Source: Gammaproteobacteria bacterium (GTDB taxonomy: Bacteria; Pseudomonadota; Gammaproteobacteria; CAJXQU01). From it: a stretch of 64,000 nucleotides of DNA. Every line of letters begins with the position of its first letter. The first letter of the stretch is position 1. The position numbers and the translations under genes were made by a program. Below are positions 10,409-22,231 of this stretch, piece after piece. The stretch covers positions 1,536,001-1,600,000 of the forward strand of contig CBDEGZ010000003.1 in assembly GCA_965238175.1 (NCBI GenBank), read 5' to 3'. Under the pieces are notes generated by a model, which was given only the letters and a program-made list of their open reading frames with translations, did not search any database and was not told the DNA's origin.

Positions 10409-12199
10409 ATGAAGAATATCCGTAATTTCTCTATTATTGCCCATATTGATCATGGCAAATCGACCTTGGCCGATCGGTTTATTCAAACTTGTGGAGGCCT
10501 GGCTGATCGAGAGATGGAAGCACAAGTCCTTGACTCTATGGATTTGGAGCGCGAGCGTGGAATTACGATAAAAGCACAAAGTGTGACCTTAGACTACAAG
10601 GCCAAAGACGGTGAAATCTATAAGCTGAATTTTATCGACACACCTGGACACGTTGATTTCACCTATGAAGTTTCGCGATCATTAGCGGCTTGCGAAGGTG
10701 CATTATTAGTGGTTGATGCAGCGCAAGGTGTGGAAGCACAAAGTGTTGCAAATTGCCACACGGCGGTAGATCAAGGGTTGGAAGTAGTTCCAGTATTAAA
10801 CAAGATAGATTTGCCCGCAGCAGAGCCCGAACGTGCGGCACAAGAAATAGAAGATGTCATTGGTATAGATGCAACGGAAGCATTACAGGTCAGTGCAAAA
10901 TCCGGAATAGGGATTGATGATTTATTGGAAATGATCGTTGATAAAATACCTGCGCCAGTGGGAGATCCAGAAGCACCGCTTAAAGCATTAATTATCGACT
11001 CCTGGTTTGATAATTATCTTGGTGTTATCTCTTTAGTCCGGATTGTTGACGGGGTTCTTAAAAAGAACGTGAAGATAAAAATGATGTCGACTGGTCGTGA
11101 TTGGGGGGTTGATCGCTTAGGAATATTCACACCAAAACGGGTTGAACTAGAGGAGCTAAGAACCGGTGACGTTGGTTGGGTAGTTGCTGGGATCAAAGAA
11201 ATAGACGGTGCGCCAGTTGGTGATACGATTACTGATGCTGGTAAACCAGCGGCGGAGCCTTTAACAGGGTTTCAGACGATTAAACCAAATGTCTTTGCAG
11301 GTTTATATCCAATAGACTCTGGCCAATACGAGGACTTTCGTGAAGCCTTATCTAAACTGCGGTTGAATGATGCCGCGTTGTTTTATGAACCAGAAGTGTC
11401 AGAAGCATTAGGGTTTGGTTTCCGTTGTGGTTTCCTTGGCATGCTGCATATGGAGATCATTCAGGAGCGGTTAGAACGTGAGTACGAAATGGAGCTAATC
11501 ACAACAGCTCCAACGGTTGTGTATCAGGTGTTGATGACTTCTAGTGAAGAAATATACATTGATAACCCGGCAAAACTTCCTCCCCAGAACACTATTGAAG
11601 AAATCAGAGAGCCGATGATCCAGGTCGATATACTGGTCCCTCAGGATTATGTTGGTAATGTCATTACGTTATGTGTTGAAAAACGTGGTATGCAAACCAA
11701 ACTTCAATACCTTGGTAATCAGGTGTCAGTCTCTTATGAGTTACCGATGAGCGAAATGGTGTTGGACTTTTTTGATCGGCTCAAATCAGTCACGCGTGGT
11801 TATGCATCGCTGGATTATCATTTTACCCGCTATAACCCAGCGAAGATGGTGAAACTGGATATAATGATCAACGGGGAACAAGTCGACGCGCTTTCCGTCA
11901 TCGTGCATTTGGAACATTCGCAACGACGAGGACGTGAACTTGCCGCAAAAATGCGTGAGATAATTCCTCGACAAATGTACGAAGTTGCGATACAGGCAAC
12001 GATTGGATCAAAAATTATTGCACGAGAAAATGTCAAAGCTATGCGCAAAAATGTAACTGCAAAATGTTATGGTGGTGATATTTCCCGAAAACGAAAGTTG
12101 TTGGAAAAACAAAAAGCTGGGAAGAAACGAATGAAACAATTTGGATCAATAGAGATCCCACAAGAAGCCTTTATGGCCGTACTGTCAACAGGAAAATAA
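10409..12199 (+). CDS. lepA: Translation elongation factor 4
   Basis: [20 protein letters not shown]; [18 protein letters not shown]. Confidence 0.99.
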   Translation: MKNIRNFSIIAHIDHGKSTLADRFIQTCGGLADREMEAQVLDSMDLERERGITIKAQSVTLDYKAKDGEIYKLNFIDTPGHVDFTYEVSRSLAACEGALLVVDAAQGVEAQSVANCHTAVDQGLEVVPVLNKIDLPAAEPERAAQEIEDVIGIDATEALQVSAKSGIGIDDLLEMIVDKIPAPVGDPEAPLKALIIDSWFDNYLGVISLVRIVDGVLKKNVKIKMMSTGRDWGVDRLGIFTPKRVELEELRTGDVGWVVAGIKEIDGAPVGDTITDAGKPAAEPLTGFQTIKPNVFAGLYPIDSGQYEDFREALSKLRLNDAALFYEPEVSEALGFGFRCGFLGMLHMEIIQERLEREYEMELITTAPTVVYQVLMTSSEEIYIDNPAKLPPQNTIEEIREPMIQVDILVPQDYVGNVITLCVEKRGMQTKLQYLGNQVSVSYELPMSEMVLDFFDRLKSVTRGYASLDYHFTRYNPAKMVKLDIMINGEQVDALSVIVHLEHSQRRGRELAAKMREIIPRQMYEVAIQATIGSKIIARENVKAMRKNVTAKCYGGDISRKRKLLEKQKAGKKRMKQFGSIEIPQEAFMAVLSTGK

Positions 12200-12202
12200 G
12201 TT

Positions 12203-13024
12203 ATGACAATGGATTTTTCAGCACTTTTAGTTTTGCTTACTTTTGTGAGTGGCATTATTTGGCTATTTGATCATTTATTTTTACTACCGCGTCGTAAAGA
12301 AAAATTGAATGCTCCCGGTTCTGATATTGATCAAGAGTTAACAGAATCAATTTTAAGGCCTTCAACCCTGGTCGACTATGCACGATCTTTCTTTCCGATT
12401 TTTTTGATCGTTTTATTACTACGATCATTTCTGGTTGAGCCATTTCGTATTCCTTCAAATTCTATGATGCCAACATTATTAACCGGTGATTTTATTTTGG
12501 TGAATAAGTTTGATTATGGAATAAGACTACCCGTGATCAATAAAAAAATTATTCCTTTTGGTAATCCAGGGCGTGGCGATGTTTTGGTATTCAGATATCC
12601 CGAAGATGACAAAACACCGTTTATCAAACGTGTGGTAGGTATTCCTGGTGATCGCATTAGTTATATCGATAAACAACTCACTTTGAATGGGGAGAAAGTC
12701 GAGCTGGATAAGATTGGACTCTATCAGGGCGTTGGATCAGGAGTAGGTATGACAGGTGCTAATATTTTACAAGAAAACCTGGATCCTATTATGCATAGTA
12801 TTTTGACGTCGCCAGATAGGAGTAGTCGTGGTGTGATTGATTTTACTGTGCCTGATGGAGAATATTTTGTGATGGGTGACAACCGAGATAATAGTTTAGA
12901 TAGTCGATTCTGGGGAACGGTACCTGATGAAAATATTATTGGTCGAGCTTTTAGAATCTGGATGTATTGGGATATGAAAAGTGAAGGTATGGATTGGAAT
13001 CGAATTGGGAAAAAGATCCAATAG
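12203..13024 (+). CDS. lepB: Signal peptidase I
   Basis: EPFRIPSNSMMPTL, FIKRVVG, GDNRDNSLDSR; follows lepA. Confidence 0.97.
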   Translation: MTMDFSALLVLLTFVSGIIWLFDHLFLLPRRKEKLNAPGSDIDQELTESILRPSTLVDYARSFFPIFLIVLLLRSFLVEPFRIPSNSMMPTLLTGDFILVNKFDYGIRLPVINKKIIPFGNPGRGDVLVFRYPEDDKTPFIKRVVGIPGDRISYIDKQLTLNGEKVELDKIGLYQGVGSGVGMTGANILQENLDPIMHSILTSPDRSSRGVIDFTVPDGEYFVMGDNRDNSLDSRFWGTVPDENIIGRAFRIWMYWDMKSEGMDWNRIGKKIQ

Positions 13025-13067
13025 TTAAATCTATAGGTTTATATAAAGAATAGTGGAGAGGGTAATC

Positions 13068-13469
13068 ATGTTAGCAAAGAATAAACAGAAGGGTGTTACT
13101 TTTTTAGGTTTCCTGATCGTTTGTGGGTTAATGATATTCTTTGCCTACTTAGGAATGCGTTTATGGCCAGTTTATAATGAAAAGATAAAGATTGACGGTG
13201 CGTTGGAGACAGTTGCAGCTCGTCCTGATATTGCGACGCTAAGTAAAAATAAGATCGGAGATTACATTCTTGGATCATTTGCTGTAGAGGATGTAGATCA
13301 ATTTGCGACATTGAAAGATATGAAAGATGTTTTTTCGGTTAAAAAAATAAAAGGTAAGAAAAAACGCATAGTGAGAATGGCGTATGAAATCCGACGACCA
13401 CTTTTTTCCAATCTAGACGTTATAATGAAATATGATAAAAGTCTCGAGATTGATGGAACAGGTCGATAG
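13068..13469 (+). CDS. DUF4845-family pilin-like protein
   Basis: KQKG|VTFLGFL prepilin-like N-terminus; conserved lepB-rnc position; ATG 13068 follows GGAG. Confidence 0.8.
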   Translation: MLAKNKQKGVTFLGFLIVCGLMIFFAYLGMRLWPVYNEKIKIDGALETVAARPDIATLSKNKIGDYILGSFAVEDVDQFATLKDMKDVFSVKKIKGKKKRIVRMAYEIRRPLFSNLDVIMKYDKSLEIDGTGR

Positions 13470-14170
13470 TGTCTGAAAATAGTTTGTCGTATAACAAATT
13501 AAAGAAAATATTAAATTATGAATTTAACGATCTGAGTTTGCTTGAAACAGCTTTAACGCACTGCAGTGCAGGTAACCCAAATAACGAGAGGCTTGAGTTT
13601 CTTGGTGATGCAATTCTCGGGGCAATTATTGCTGATGAACTTCATCATCGATTTCCCGAAGGTAGTGAGGGTCAAATGACCCGTCTTCGATCGTCCTTAG
13701 TAAAAAAACAAACGCTCGCCAAACTTGGAAGAGATCTTGAACTCGGTTCGTATTTGAAGTTGGGCGAAGGAGAGATGAAAACGGGAGGATGGCGTCGTGC
13801 ATCTATTCTTGAAAATACCATTGAAGCAATAATAGGTGCAGTATATTTGGACAGTGGTTTTGATCGTTGTCGATTATTTGTGAAAGATATTTTTAAAGCA
13901 TTACTGGGGTCAATCACGCTCGAAGATATTCAAAAAGATCCTAAAACAACTTTGCAAGAATATCTGCAGTCACAAAAAAAGTCTGTTCCAAGTTATGAAG
14001 TTTTGTCTTCCACAGGTAAGTCCCATGAGCAAATTTTCACGGTGAGTTGTTCGTGCGAGTTATTACCAGCAGCTATTCAAGCACAAGGTGCTAGTCGTCG
14101 AAAGGCAGAGCAAGCTGCTGCCCAGCAAGTGCTCGATTTCATCCAACAACAAAAATCGGACAACTCGTGA
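13469..14170 (+). CDS. rnc: Ribonuclease III
   Basis: NERLEFLGDAIL signature; C-terminal dsRBD (DPKTTLQE). Confidence 0.98.
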   Translation: MSENSLSYNKLKKILNYEFNDLSLLETALTHCSAGNPNNERLEFLGDAILGAIIADELHHRFPEGSEGQMTRLRSSLVKKQTLAKLGRDLELGSYLKLGEGEMKTGGWRRASILENTIEAIIGAVYLDSGFDRCRLFVKDIFKALLGSITLEDIQKDPKTTLQEYLQSQKKSVPSYEVLSSTGKSHEQIFTVSCSCELLPAAIQAQGASRRKAEQAAAQQVLDFIQQQKSDNS

Positions 14171-15072
14171 ATGAACAAGCACAAAAATTCGTATGTGGAT
14201 CGGTCGCAATTATTGGACGACCCAATGTTGGTAAGTCTACTTTTCTGAATCATTCAATTGGTCAAAAGATCAGTATTACTTCCAGGAAACCCCAGACTAC
14301 AAGACATCAAATTCTTGGTATAAAAACATCGGATGATTCGCAAATTATTTATGTGGATACACCAGGATTACAGTTGAAACCTGATCGAGCTTTAAACCGT
14401 GGTATGAATAAAGAGGTTATGCGGGCGGTATTGGAAGTTGATGCTGTTTTATTTATGGTTGAAGCTGGAAAGTGGACACCTGCCGATGAAAACGCGTCGG
14501 TTTTGATCAAGCAAGCAAATGTGAAAATGATTCTTGTGGTCAATAAAATTGACAAAATCAAAAACAAAAAAGATCTTCTGCCTTTTATAAAAAAGATTAC
14601 CGAAACAATGGACTTTGCCGAGGTGATCCCTACGGCAGCCACGAAAGGTGATAATATTTCTATCGTTGAAGATGCAATAATTAAATGCTTACCCGTTGCA
14701 GATCCATGGTTTTCAGAAGATCAAATAACGGATCGTAGCGTACGTTTTTTGGCGGCGGAGATGATCCGGGAAAAATTGACCCGAAAACTAGGCGACGAAC
14801 TCCCTTATCGACTAAATGTAACTATTGATCAATTTAAAGAAGATGAAACGCTTGCCCATATTCATGCCACTGTTTGGGTAGAAAGTAAGGGACAGAAGAA
14901 GATCGTCATTGGTAAAAGTGGTTCTGTACTAAAAGCGGTTGGCGAAGAAGCGCGCTATGACATGCAAACAATGTTGGATAAGAAAGTGTTTTTAGAAACC
15001 TGGGTTAAGGTAAAAGAAAAATGGACAGACAATGTAAACGCCCTTAGTCAGTTTGGTCTAAGTAGTGAATAG
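14167..15072 (+). CDS. era: GTPase Era
   Basis: GRPNVGKST, PQTTR, DTPG, NKID, KH domain VIGKSG. Confidence 0.98.
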   Translation: MNEQAQKFVCGSVAIIGRPNVGKSTFLNHSIGQKISITSRKPQTTRHQILGIKTSDDSQIIYVDTPGLQLKPDRALNRGMNKEVMRAVLEVDAVLFMVEAGKWTPADENASVLIKQANVKMILVVNKIDKIKNKKDLLPFIKKITETMDFAEVIPTAATKGDNISIVEDAIIKCLPVADPWFSEDQITDRSVRFLAAEMIREKLTRKLGDELPYRLNVTIDQFKEDETLAHIHATVWVESKGQKKIVIGKSGSVLKAVGEEARYDMQTMLDKKVFLETWVKVKEKWTDNVNALSQFGLSSE

Positions 15073-15121
15073 AAAATAGCGAATAGGAAAACCGTGAAAA
15101 GAAAGACAGATAATTATTCAA

Positions 15122-15850
15122 ATGCGCGTTGAACTACATTCGTGTTTTTTGCTGCATAAAAAAGCCTATCGAGAAACAAGTTTGTTATTAGAAGTTTTCT
15201 CAAAAAAACATGGCCGTGTTGGTTTGATTTCTAAAGGTGGTGCAAACAAAAAGCTATTGAATCGAAATTTACAGTCATTCACACCCTTACAGATGTCTTG
15301 GTCAGGTCGAGGGGAATTGGGAAATCTAAATAATGCTGAACCTGAAGGGATACCCTTATTGCTTACTGGTGATAAATTATTCCTTGGATATTATCTTAAT
15401 GAATTGTTGATCAGATTGTTGCATCGATATGATCCACATCCTCAGTTGTTTAACATTTACCACCTTGCCCTTGCTCAATTAGTTGACACAAGCTGCATGG
15501 AATCTACATTACGATTATTTGAGAAAAGAATGCTGGAGCAACTGGGCTACGGATTAATTCTTGAACATGAAACAAGCTCAGGAACACAAATTGCTCCAGA
15601 TGCTATTTATGATTATATTTCAGGAAATGGTCCACGATTGATCAATTCAGCAGGTGTTAAGACAAGTGGTGTGAAGATAACTGGAGAGACAATACTGTTA
15701 CTCCAATCAGAGGCTTTACTAAAAAGTAAAGAGCATCGCGCTGAAGCAAAACGTCTTATGCGTTATTTACTCTCCCCGTTACTAGGTGATAAACCCCTGA
15801 AGACGAAAAAAATTTTTGAAACAATGAAGTTAAATGAGGTAATACAATGA
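15122..15850 (+). CDS. recO: DNA repair protein RecO
   Basis: LHKKAYRETSLL, YLNELL, LRLFEKRML; rnc-era-recO synteny. Confidence 0.95.
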   Translation: MRVELHSCFLLHKKAYRETSLLLEVFSKKHGRVGLISKGGANKKLLNRNLQSFTPLQMSWSGRGELGNLNNAEPEGIPLLLTGDKLFLGYYLNELLIRLLHRYDPHPQLFNIYHLALAQLVDTSCMESTLRLFEKRMLEQLGYGLILEHETSSGTQIAPDAIYDYISGNGPRLINSAGVKTSGVKITGETILLLQSEALLKSKEHRAEAKRLMRYLLSPLLGDKPLKTKKIFETMKLNEVIQ

Positions 15851-16521
15851 GAGAAAGCAAATTACTTACGATCGCTTTAGCCAGTGTTTTTATGGCAAGT
15901 TGTAGTGAAGACCAAAATGATCAGGCGAAAAATATGGTTGAGAAGACAGCCACACCTGTAATTGAACAAGTAGAAAATATGACAGAACAAAATAGCGCGG
16001 GAATGACTAATGAAGTGAAAGAAACCGCTGCAAAGCTTATGGAAAAAGCTGAAGTCAAAGAGGTGGAAACACCAGCCACGAAAACAGAAATGGCAAAAAC
16101 TGAAGTAGCTTCTCCTAAGGAAGAACCAGTCAGTCAATCACCTGTTACAGAGCCTCAAACCCACATAGTAAAAGCTGCTGTAACCCAGTTTCGACCATTG
16201 GTTGTTTTCGCTCAGCCAGGAGATACTATTGTTTGGCAGAATATGAACGGTCATGACACGCGATCCATGAATGGCATGGTTCCGGAAGGTGCTGAAGGAT
16301 GGCAATCAAAATTGGGCGAGATCTTCAGCGTGACATTAGATAAAGAAGGTGCTTATCTTTACAAATGTACTCCACATGCTTCGCTAGGAATGATGGGTGC
16401 GATAATTGTTGGCAACTCGGATAATCTTGAGACAATTAAAACAGGTGTAGATTCAAGTGGAGAACCGAAAGGAATGGTGAAACGTGTGATCAGAAAAGTC
16501 GAAAAAGAGTTGGTTAAATAA
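15847..16521 (+). CDS. Lipid-anchored pseudoazurin-like blue copper protein with long low-complexity linker
   Basis: Lipobox FMASC, ~85-aa E/K/T/P-rich linker, then a cupredoxin domain with GHD and YKCTPHASLGM type-1 Cu ligands. Confidence 0.85.
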   Translation: MRESKLLTIALASVFMASCSEDQNDQAKNMVEKTATPVIEQVENMTEQNSAGMTNEVKETAAKLMEKAEVKEVETPATKTEMAKTEVASPKEEPVSQSPVTEPQTHIVKAAVTQFRPLVVFAQPGDTIVWQNMNGHDTRSMNGMVPEGAEGWQSKLGEIFSVTLDKEGAYLYKCTPHASLGMMGAIIVGNSDNLETIKTGVDSSGEPKGMVKRVIRKVEKELVK

Positions 16522-16803
16522 CTATTAAATCAGGTAGGTAGCGTACTTTCAAGCATTCAGGAATCATTCATGAGAGATGCTGTATTATTTGTTACCACGG
16601 TAGTCAGCCGAATTGCTAATCGGTCAGTTTCTTGACACGGTGCTGCTGAGAGATAAACTATGCACCGCTAGGATCTTTGAGAATGGGCTTCCGTGAGTGT
16701 CCAAGATAACAATAATTAAGACTGGACAGGGTGTACTGATGAACTGGAATGGATTGTGAATTTAGAATTTCACATGAAGATATAAAATAATTAGGAGAGT
16801 CAA

Positions 16804-17232
16804 ATGAACAAACAAATCTTTATAGGTTTTGCGGCTTTGGTTGCAGCTTTTTCAATTAACGTCAGTGCAGAAGAGCATGTCATAAAAGCAGCAGTAACCG
16901 CTTTTCGACCTTTAGTTGTCCATGCTCAACCGGGTGATACAATTGTCTGGCAAAATATGGCTGGTCATGACACATCATCAATGAACTCTATGATCCCTGA
17001 AGGTGCAGAAGCATGGCAATCAAAAATGGGTGAAATCTTCAGTATTACGGTTGAAAAAGAAGGTGCTTATTTATACAAATGTACACCACATGCTTCTTTA
17101 GGAATGATGGGTGCGATTATCGTGGGTAATGCAGATAACTTACCGGCGATTGAAGAAGGCGTAGATACTAGCGGTGAGCCTAAAGGAATGGTTAAACGCG
17201 TCATCAGAAAAGTTAAGAAGGAATTGAAATAG
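16804..17232 (+). CDS. Soluble periplasmic pseudoazurin-like blue copper protein
   Basis: Sec signal ending VSA|EE; GHD...YKCTPHASLGM; AGGAG RBS; close paralogue of the 15847 C-terminal domain. Confidence 0.9.
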   Translation: MNKQIFIGFAALVAAFSINVSAEEHVIKAAVTAFRPLVVHAQPGDTIVWQNMAGHDTSSMNSMIPEGAEAWQSKMGEIFSITVEKEGAYLYKCTPHASLGMMGAIIVGNADNLPAIEEGVDTSGEPKGMVKRVIRKVKKELK

Positions 17233-17269
17233 TCGATTCCATTAATCATCAAGATTAATAGGTAGTATG

Positions 17270-17303
17270 GGCAGTATCGCGTAAAGTGGTACTGCCTTTT
17301 TTT
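17270..17303 (+). terminator. Rho-independent terminator
   Basis: GGCAGTATCGC-GTAAA-GTGGTACTGCC stem-loop followed by T7. Confidence 0.8.
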
Positions 17304-17434
17304 ATTTGGTCGGATATTTTCCTGAATCTGGTTGTCCAAGTACCACGTCAGAATCACATGCTGTATAGTATTCTGAAGATTCTTCACCAGAATAAATAAC
17401 TAAAAATAAAGTAATAGATCGGAGTGATGCTGAT

Positions 17435-18433
17435 ATGAAAAAGATCATAACCATACTGGTTTTAGTTGTCGCAGGTGTAATATTGTTTAAGACACTGTTT
17501 CAGACAGAAGAAGCAGAGGCAACTAGTCAGACTGAAGCACCGGTTGAAAAGAAAACACAAGAAATGGACTCCGCAAAAGCTGTGGATCCAATACAAGATG
17601 TTGTAGCAGAGACGACAATATCTGCCGAACAAGTGAAAACTGAAGCTACGCAAACCTCAAGTGTTAATGCTACTAATAAACCAGCACGATTTAAAGTATG
17701 TGCAGATCCTTTTAGTCTACCTAGTTCGAATAAAGCTCAGGAAGGTTATGAGAATAAAATTGCCAAATTATTTGCTGATGATTTAGGAGTGCCTTTGGAA
17801 TTTGAATGGTTTCCACAAAGGATCGGATTTATACGTAACACGTTAAGAAATGATGAAACCGAGGACGGAAATTACAAATGTGACATCGTAATGGGCACCA
17901 TTGAAAATTTTGAAATGGCTGCTACAACTAAACCTTATCTGCATTCTTCGTGGGCAATGGTATATGTCAAAGGACGTGGCCTGGATGAAATTAAATCGCA
18001 AGAAGATTTGATGAATGTTAGTGCTGAATTAAAAGAGAAACTCCGTATAGGACTTTTTGATCGTAGTCCAGCTGCGGATTGGTTACACGCCTATGGATTA
18101 ATGGAAAATGCCAAACCCTATCAAATTATGATGGGCGATGCGCGCGCTTATCCGGGTCAGATTATTGAACAGGATCTTGTTGAAGATAAGATCAATTTAA
18201 CCTTTGTCTGGGGCCCAATTGCAGGCTACTTTTCAAAAACGATAAAAGATCATGAAATTGTCGTTATCCCAATGAAGTCAGAGCCGGGAATTCGTTTTAA
18301 CTATAAGATAGCGATGGCGGTGCGATTTGGTGAAAAAGAATGGAAAGAGCAGATTAACCAATTAATTGATAAAAATCAGCAAGAGATCGATAAAATACTA
18401 ACAGAGTATGGTGTTCCCTTACTAAAATTATAA
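17435..18433 (+). CDS. Quinoprotein dehydrogenase-associated periplasmic binding protein (XoxJ/MxaJ-like) with N-terminal anchor and linker
   Basis: FKVCADPFSLPSSN, GYENKIA, WFPQRIGFIRNTL, CDIVMG, VWGPIAGYF, YGVP motifs. Confidence 0.85.
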   Translation: MKKIITILVLVVAGVILFKTLFQTEEAEATSQTEAPVEKKTQEMDSAKAVDPIQDVVAETTISAEQVKTEATQTSSVNATNKPARFKVCADPFSLPSSNKAQEGYENKIAKLFADDLGVPLEFEWFPQRIGFIRNTLRNDETEDGNYKCDIVMGTIENFEMAATTKPYLHSSWAMVYVKGRGLDEIKSQEDLMNVSAELKEKLRIGLFDRSPAADWLHAYGLMENAKPYQIMMGDARAYPGQIIEQDLVEDKINLTFVWGPIAGYFSKTIKDHEIVVIPMKSEPGIRFNYKIAMAVRFGEKEWKEQINQLIDKNQQEIDKILTEYGVPLLKL

Positions 18434-18459
18434 TAACTAAAAATGCACATACATAGTGA

Positions 18460-19272
18460 ATGAAGATGAATATTATGAATATGACTTTTAAAGATCGATT
18501 ATTAAAAAAAGCTTCTGTTTTAGTTTTGCTTTTAAGTACTACAGGGTTCCAAACAAGCTATGCGGAAGAACAGGATGATTTAATAGAGAAGCTTGAGAAA
18601 CAAGGTATTTCTATTGGTGGGTTAAGTGATGATCCCCATGCAAAGCGTGAAGATATAACTCTTTCAGAAGCGGAAGTGCTTCTATGGGAAACAGATCAAT
18701 TATCGAATATAGGTAAAGCTGGAACAGTTCGATATGAATTCGAACGTAAAGGGCAATTGGATGATGGTTTTACAGATTCTGTCGAGTTGAATATTACCAG
18801 CGTTAAAGACGATGGAATGAAGTCGGCGGTTGTTACATTCTTTACGGGTGATCGAAACCAGGATGTTGCACCAAATGACAATACTAATGGTAACCCAGTT
18901 TTAGGTGTCTACCTCCAAGGAGATGTCTATGAAATGAATCGTTTAACTGAAGGAAGCTGGCGATATTTTCATAAACGGATCAAATTTGCTTTAGCAGATG
19001 ATGCGATTATCGAACTGGTTAAGATTTCTGTTGATGGTAAAGAAGTTAATGCAAAAAAGGTGACGTTTAAACCTTACGAGAATGATCCAAAGAGGAAATT
19101 ATTTGAGGAGTATGCTGACAAAGTTTATGAAGTGACTGTTTCAGAAGATATTCCTGGGATGCTGTACAAAATCCGTACAATCATTCCTGCGATATCAAAA
19201 GAGGGCAAAACGGCAGATTCAGCTCCTATGGTTGAAGAAACACTTGTATATGCAGGCGTGGATTTTGAGTAG
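18460..19272 (+). CDS. Conserved periplasmic hypothetical protein, co-oriented with xoxJ-like gene
   Basis: Signal peptide; LLWETDQL, GFTDSV, GNPVL, GSWRYF, PYENDP, IPGMLY; no catalytic motif recognised. Confidence 0.7.
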   Translation: MKMNIMNMTFKDRLLKKASVLVLLLSTTGFQTSYAEEQDDLIEKLEKQGISIGGLSDDPHAKREDITLSEAEVLLWETDQLSNIGKAGTVRYEFERKGQLDDGFTDSVELNITSVKDDGMKSAVVTFFTGDRNQDVAPNDNTNGNPVLGVYLQGDVYEMNRLTEGSWRYFHKRIKFALADDAIIELVKISVDGKEVNAKKVTFKPYENDPKRKLFEEYADKVYEVTVSEDIPGMLYKIRTIIPAISKEGKTADSAPMVEETLVYAGVDFE

Positions 19273-19304
19273 GTATATATTTCGAGTAGTAAGAGGAGCC
19301 AAGA

Positions 19305-19425
19305 CGAGGCAAAATAGGCACAAAAGCGGACGACTGAATGGACGCAGGAGCTAAAACAACGCAGGAAACTAACACCACGTTTACTGGTGTAAACGAGCAT
19401 TCTAAGCCTATTTTTATCAACAGTA
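19305..19425. repeat. MITE-like nested inverted-repeat element
   Basis: AAAATAGGC (19311) / GCCTATTTT (19406) inverted repeat, inner CGTTTAC-TGGT-GTAAACG hairpin, and two ACGCAGGA direct repeats; lies between convergent genes. Confidence 0.5.
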
Positions 19426-19548
19426 GGTGTTTTTTAGGCAACAAAGTATTGGCAAGCGCAGTAGTGATGCTGAGGTCTCAAGAGAATAACTTGCTTATAA
19501 AATAATAATGCACTAGATCGTGAGACTAGTTTGAATGTGAAGTTAATC

Positions 19549-20403
19549 TCAGTTTTTTTCTTTCTTCATGGTTGTCAACACACCAGATATACAAATAAGA
19601 CAAGCGCCTAAAAGTGAGATGTGATCAAACGTCTCATTCCATAGTAGCCACCCAAATGTCGCAGCAAAAATCACGTTGGTATAAGCGAAAGCACCAATTT
19701 TTGCAGCAGGCGCAAGGCGGTATGCATAGGTCATCAATAGCTGGGCCTTTGTGGCTATAAACCCTGCTCCCAACATAATAGCCCAAACTTTGAGGTTTGG
19801 CATTTGCCAACACCATATTAGTGGTATTGCCGAAATTATTGTGCTTAGGAAACTAAAATAGAAAACGATCCTTACCGTTGGTTCTGTACTTGAAAGATTA
19901 CGGATACTGACCATAGCAAGCGCGACGAATATGCCGGCCGCGACTCCAACAATGGCGGCGGACGAAAATACGCCAAAGCCTGGTTTAAGGATCAAAATCA
20001 CACCAACGAAACCTATCATTATGGCAATGATAACGAATCTTGGTGCAGGTTCTTTTAACCAAATAAGTGCGATCAGTGCAATAAACAATGGCGAGCTAAA
20101 ATTAAGTAATACAGCTTCACCAAGTTTTAAATGGGCAATCGCATAAAAAAAACAGTACATCGCGGTCAAGCCAGTGAGTGTTCGTACAAGATGTGCACCG
20201 AAACGTTGAGTTTTCAGCGTATCAAGTCCAGCATTATGTATCCATGGCAATAAAAAAAGCAGGCCAAAAGCATTGCGTAAAAAAACCACAACTTCACTCG
20301 AGACAAATTGCGAAGAATATTTCACGCTTGCACCCATAAGTGCAAAAAGAAAGGCGGATAAGGTTGAGCATAAAGCACCGCGTAAAATGTTTGTTTCGGA
20401 CAT
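19549..20403 (-). CDS. DMT/EamA family transporter
   Basis: About 10 TM segments, SPLFIALIALIWLKE, AYRLAPA. Confidence 0.9.
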   Translation of the reverse strand: MSETNILRGALCSTLSAFLFALMGASVKYSSQFVSSEVVVFLRNAFGLLFLLPWIHNAGLDTLKTQRFGAHLVRTLTGLTAMYCFFYAIAHLKLGEAVLLNFSSPLFIALIALIWLKEPAPRFVIIAIMIGFVGVILILKPGFGVFSSAAIVGVAAGIFVALAMVSIRNLSSTEPTVRIVFYFSFLSTIISAIPLIWCWQMPNLKVWAIMLGAGFIATKAQLLMTYAYRLAPAAKIGAFAYTNVIFAATFGWLLWNETFDHISLLGACLICISGVLTTMKKEKN

Positions 20404-20590
20404 ATAAAATCTACTTCAATAAAAATTTTGAATGTAGATTCTACTCGTTATTGTCTGGCAGGTTTGGAACAATAATTTGATTCAACTAAATTAGTTGGAA
20501 TTGCACCTGCCACATAGAGAATTTCATTCTGATTTGATAAGATGCTTTACCCATGATCATTCATCGTGGATTTCTCCCTGGGGCCTTTAA

Positions 20591-22231
<1,641 letters not shown>

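Noticed and set aside
16522-16803. Riboswitch or FNR box between the cupredoxin genes
   Set aside because: No TTGAT-N4-ATCAA site or recognisable riboswitch consensus could be found by eye.
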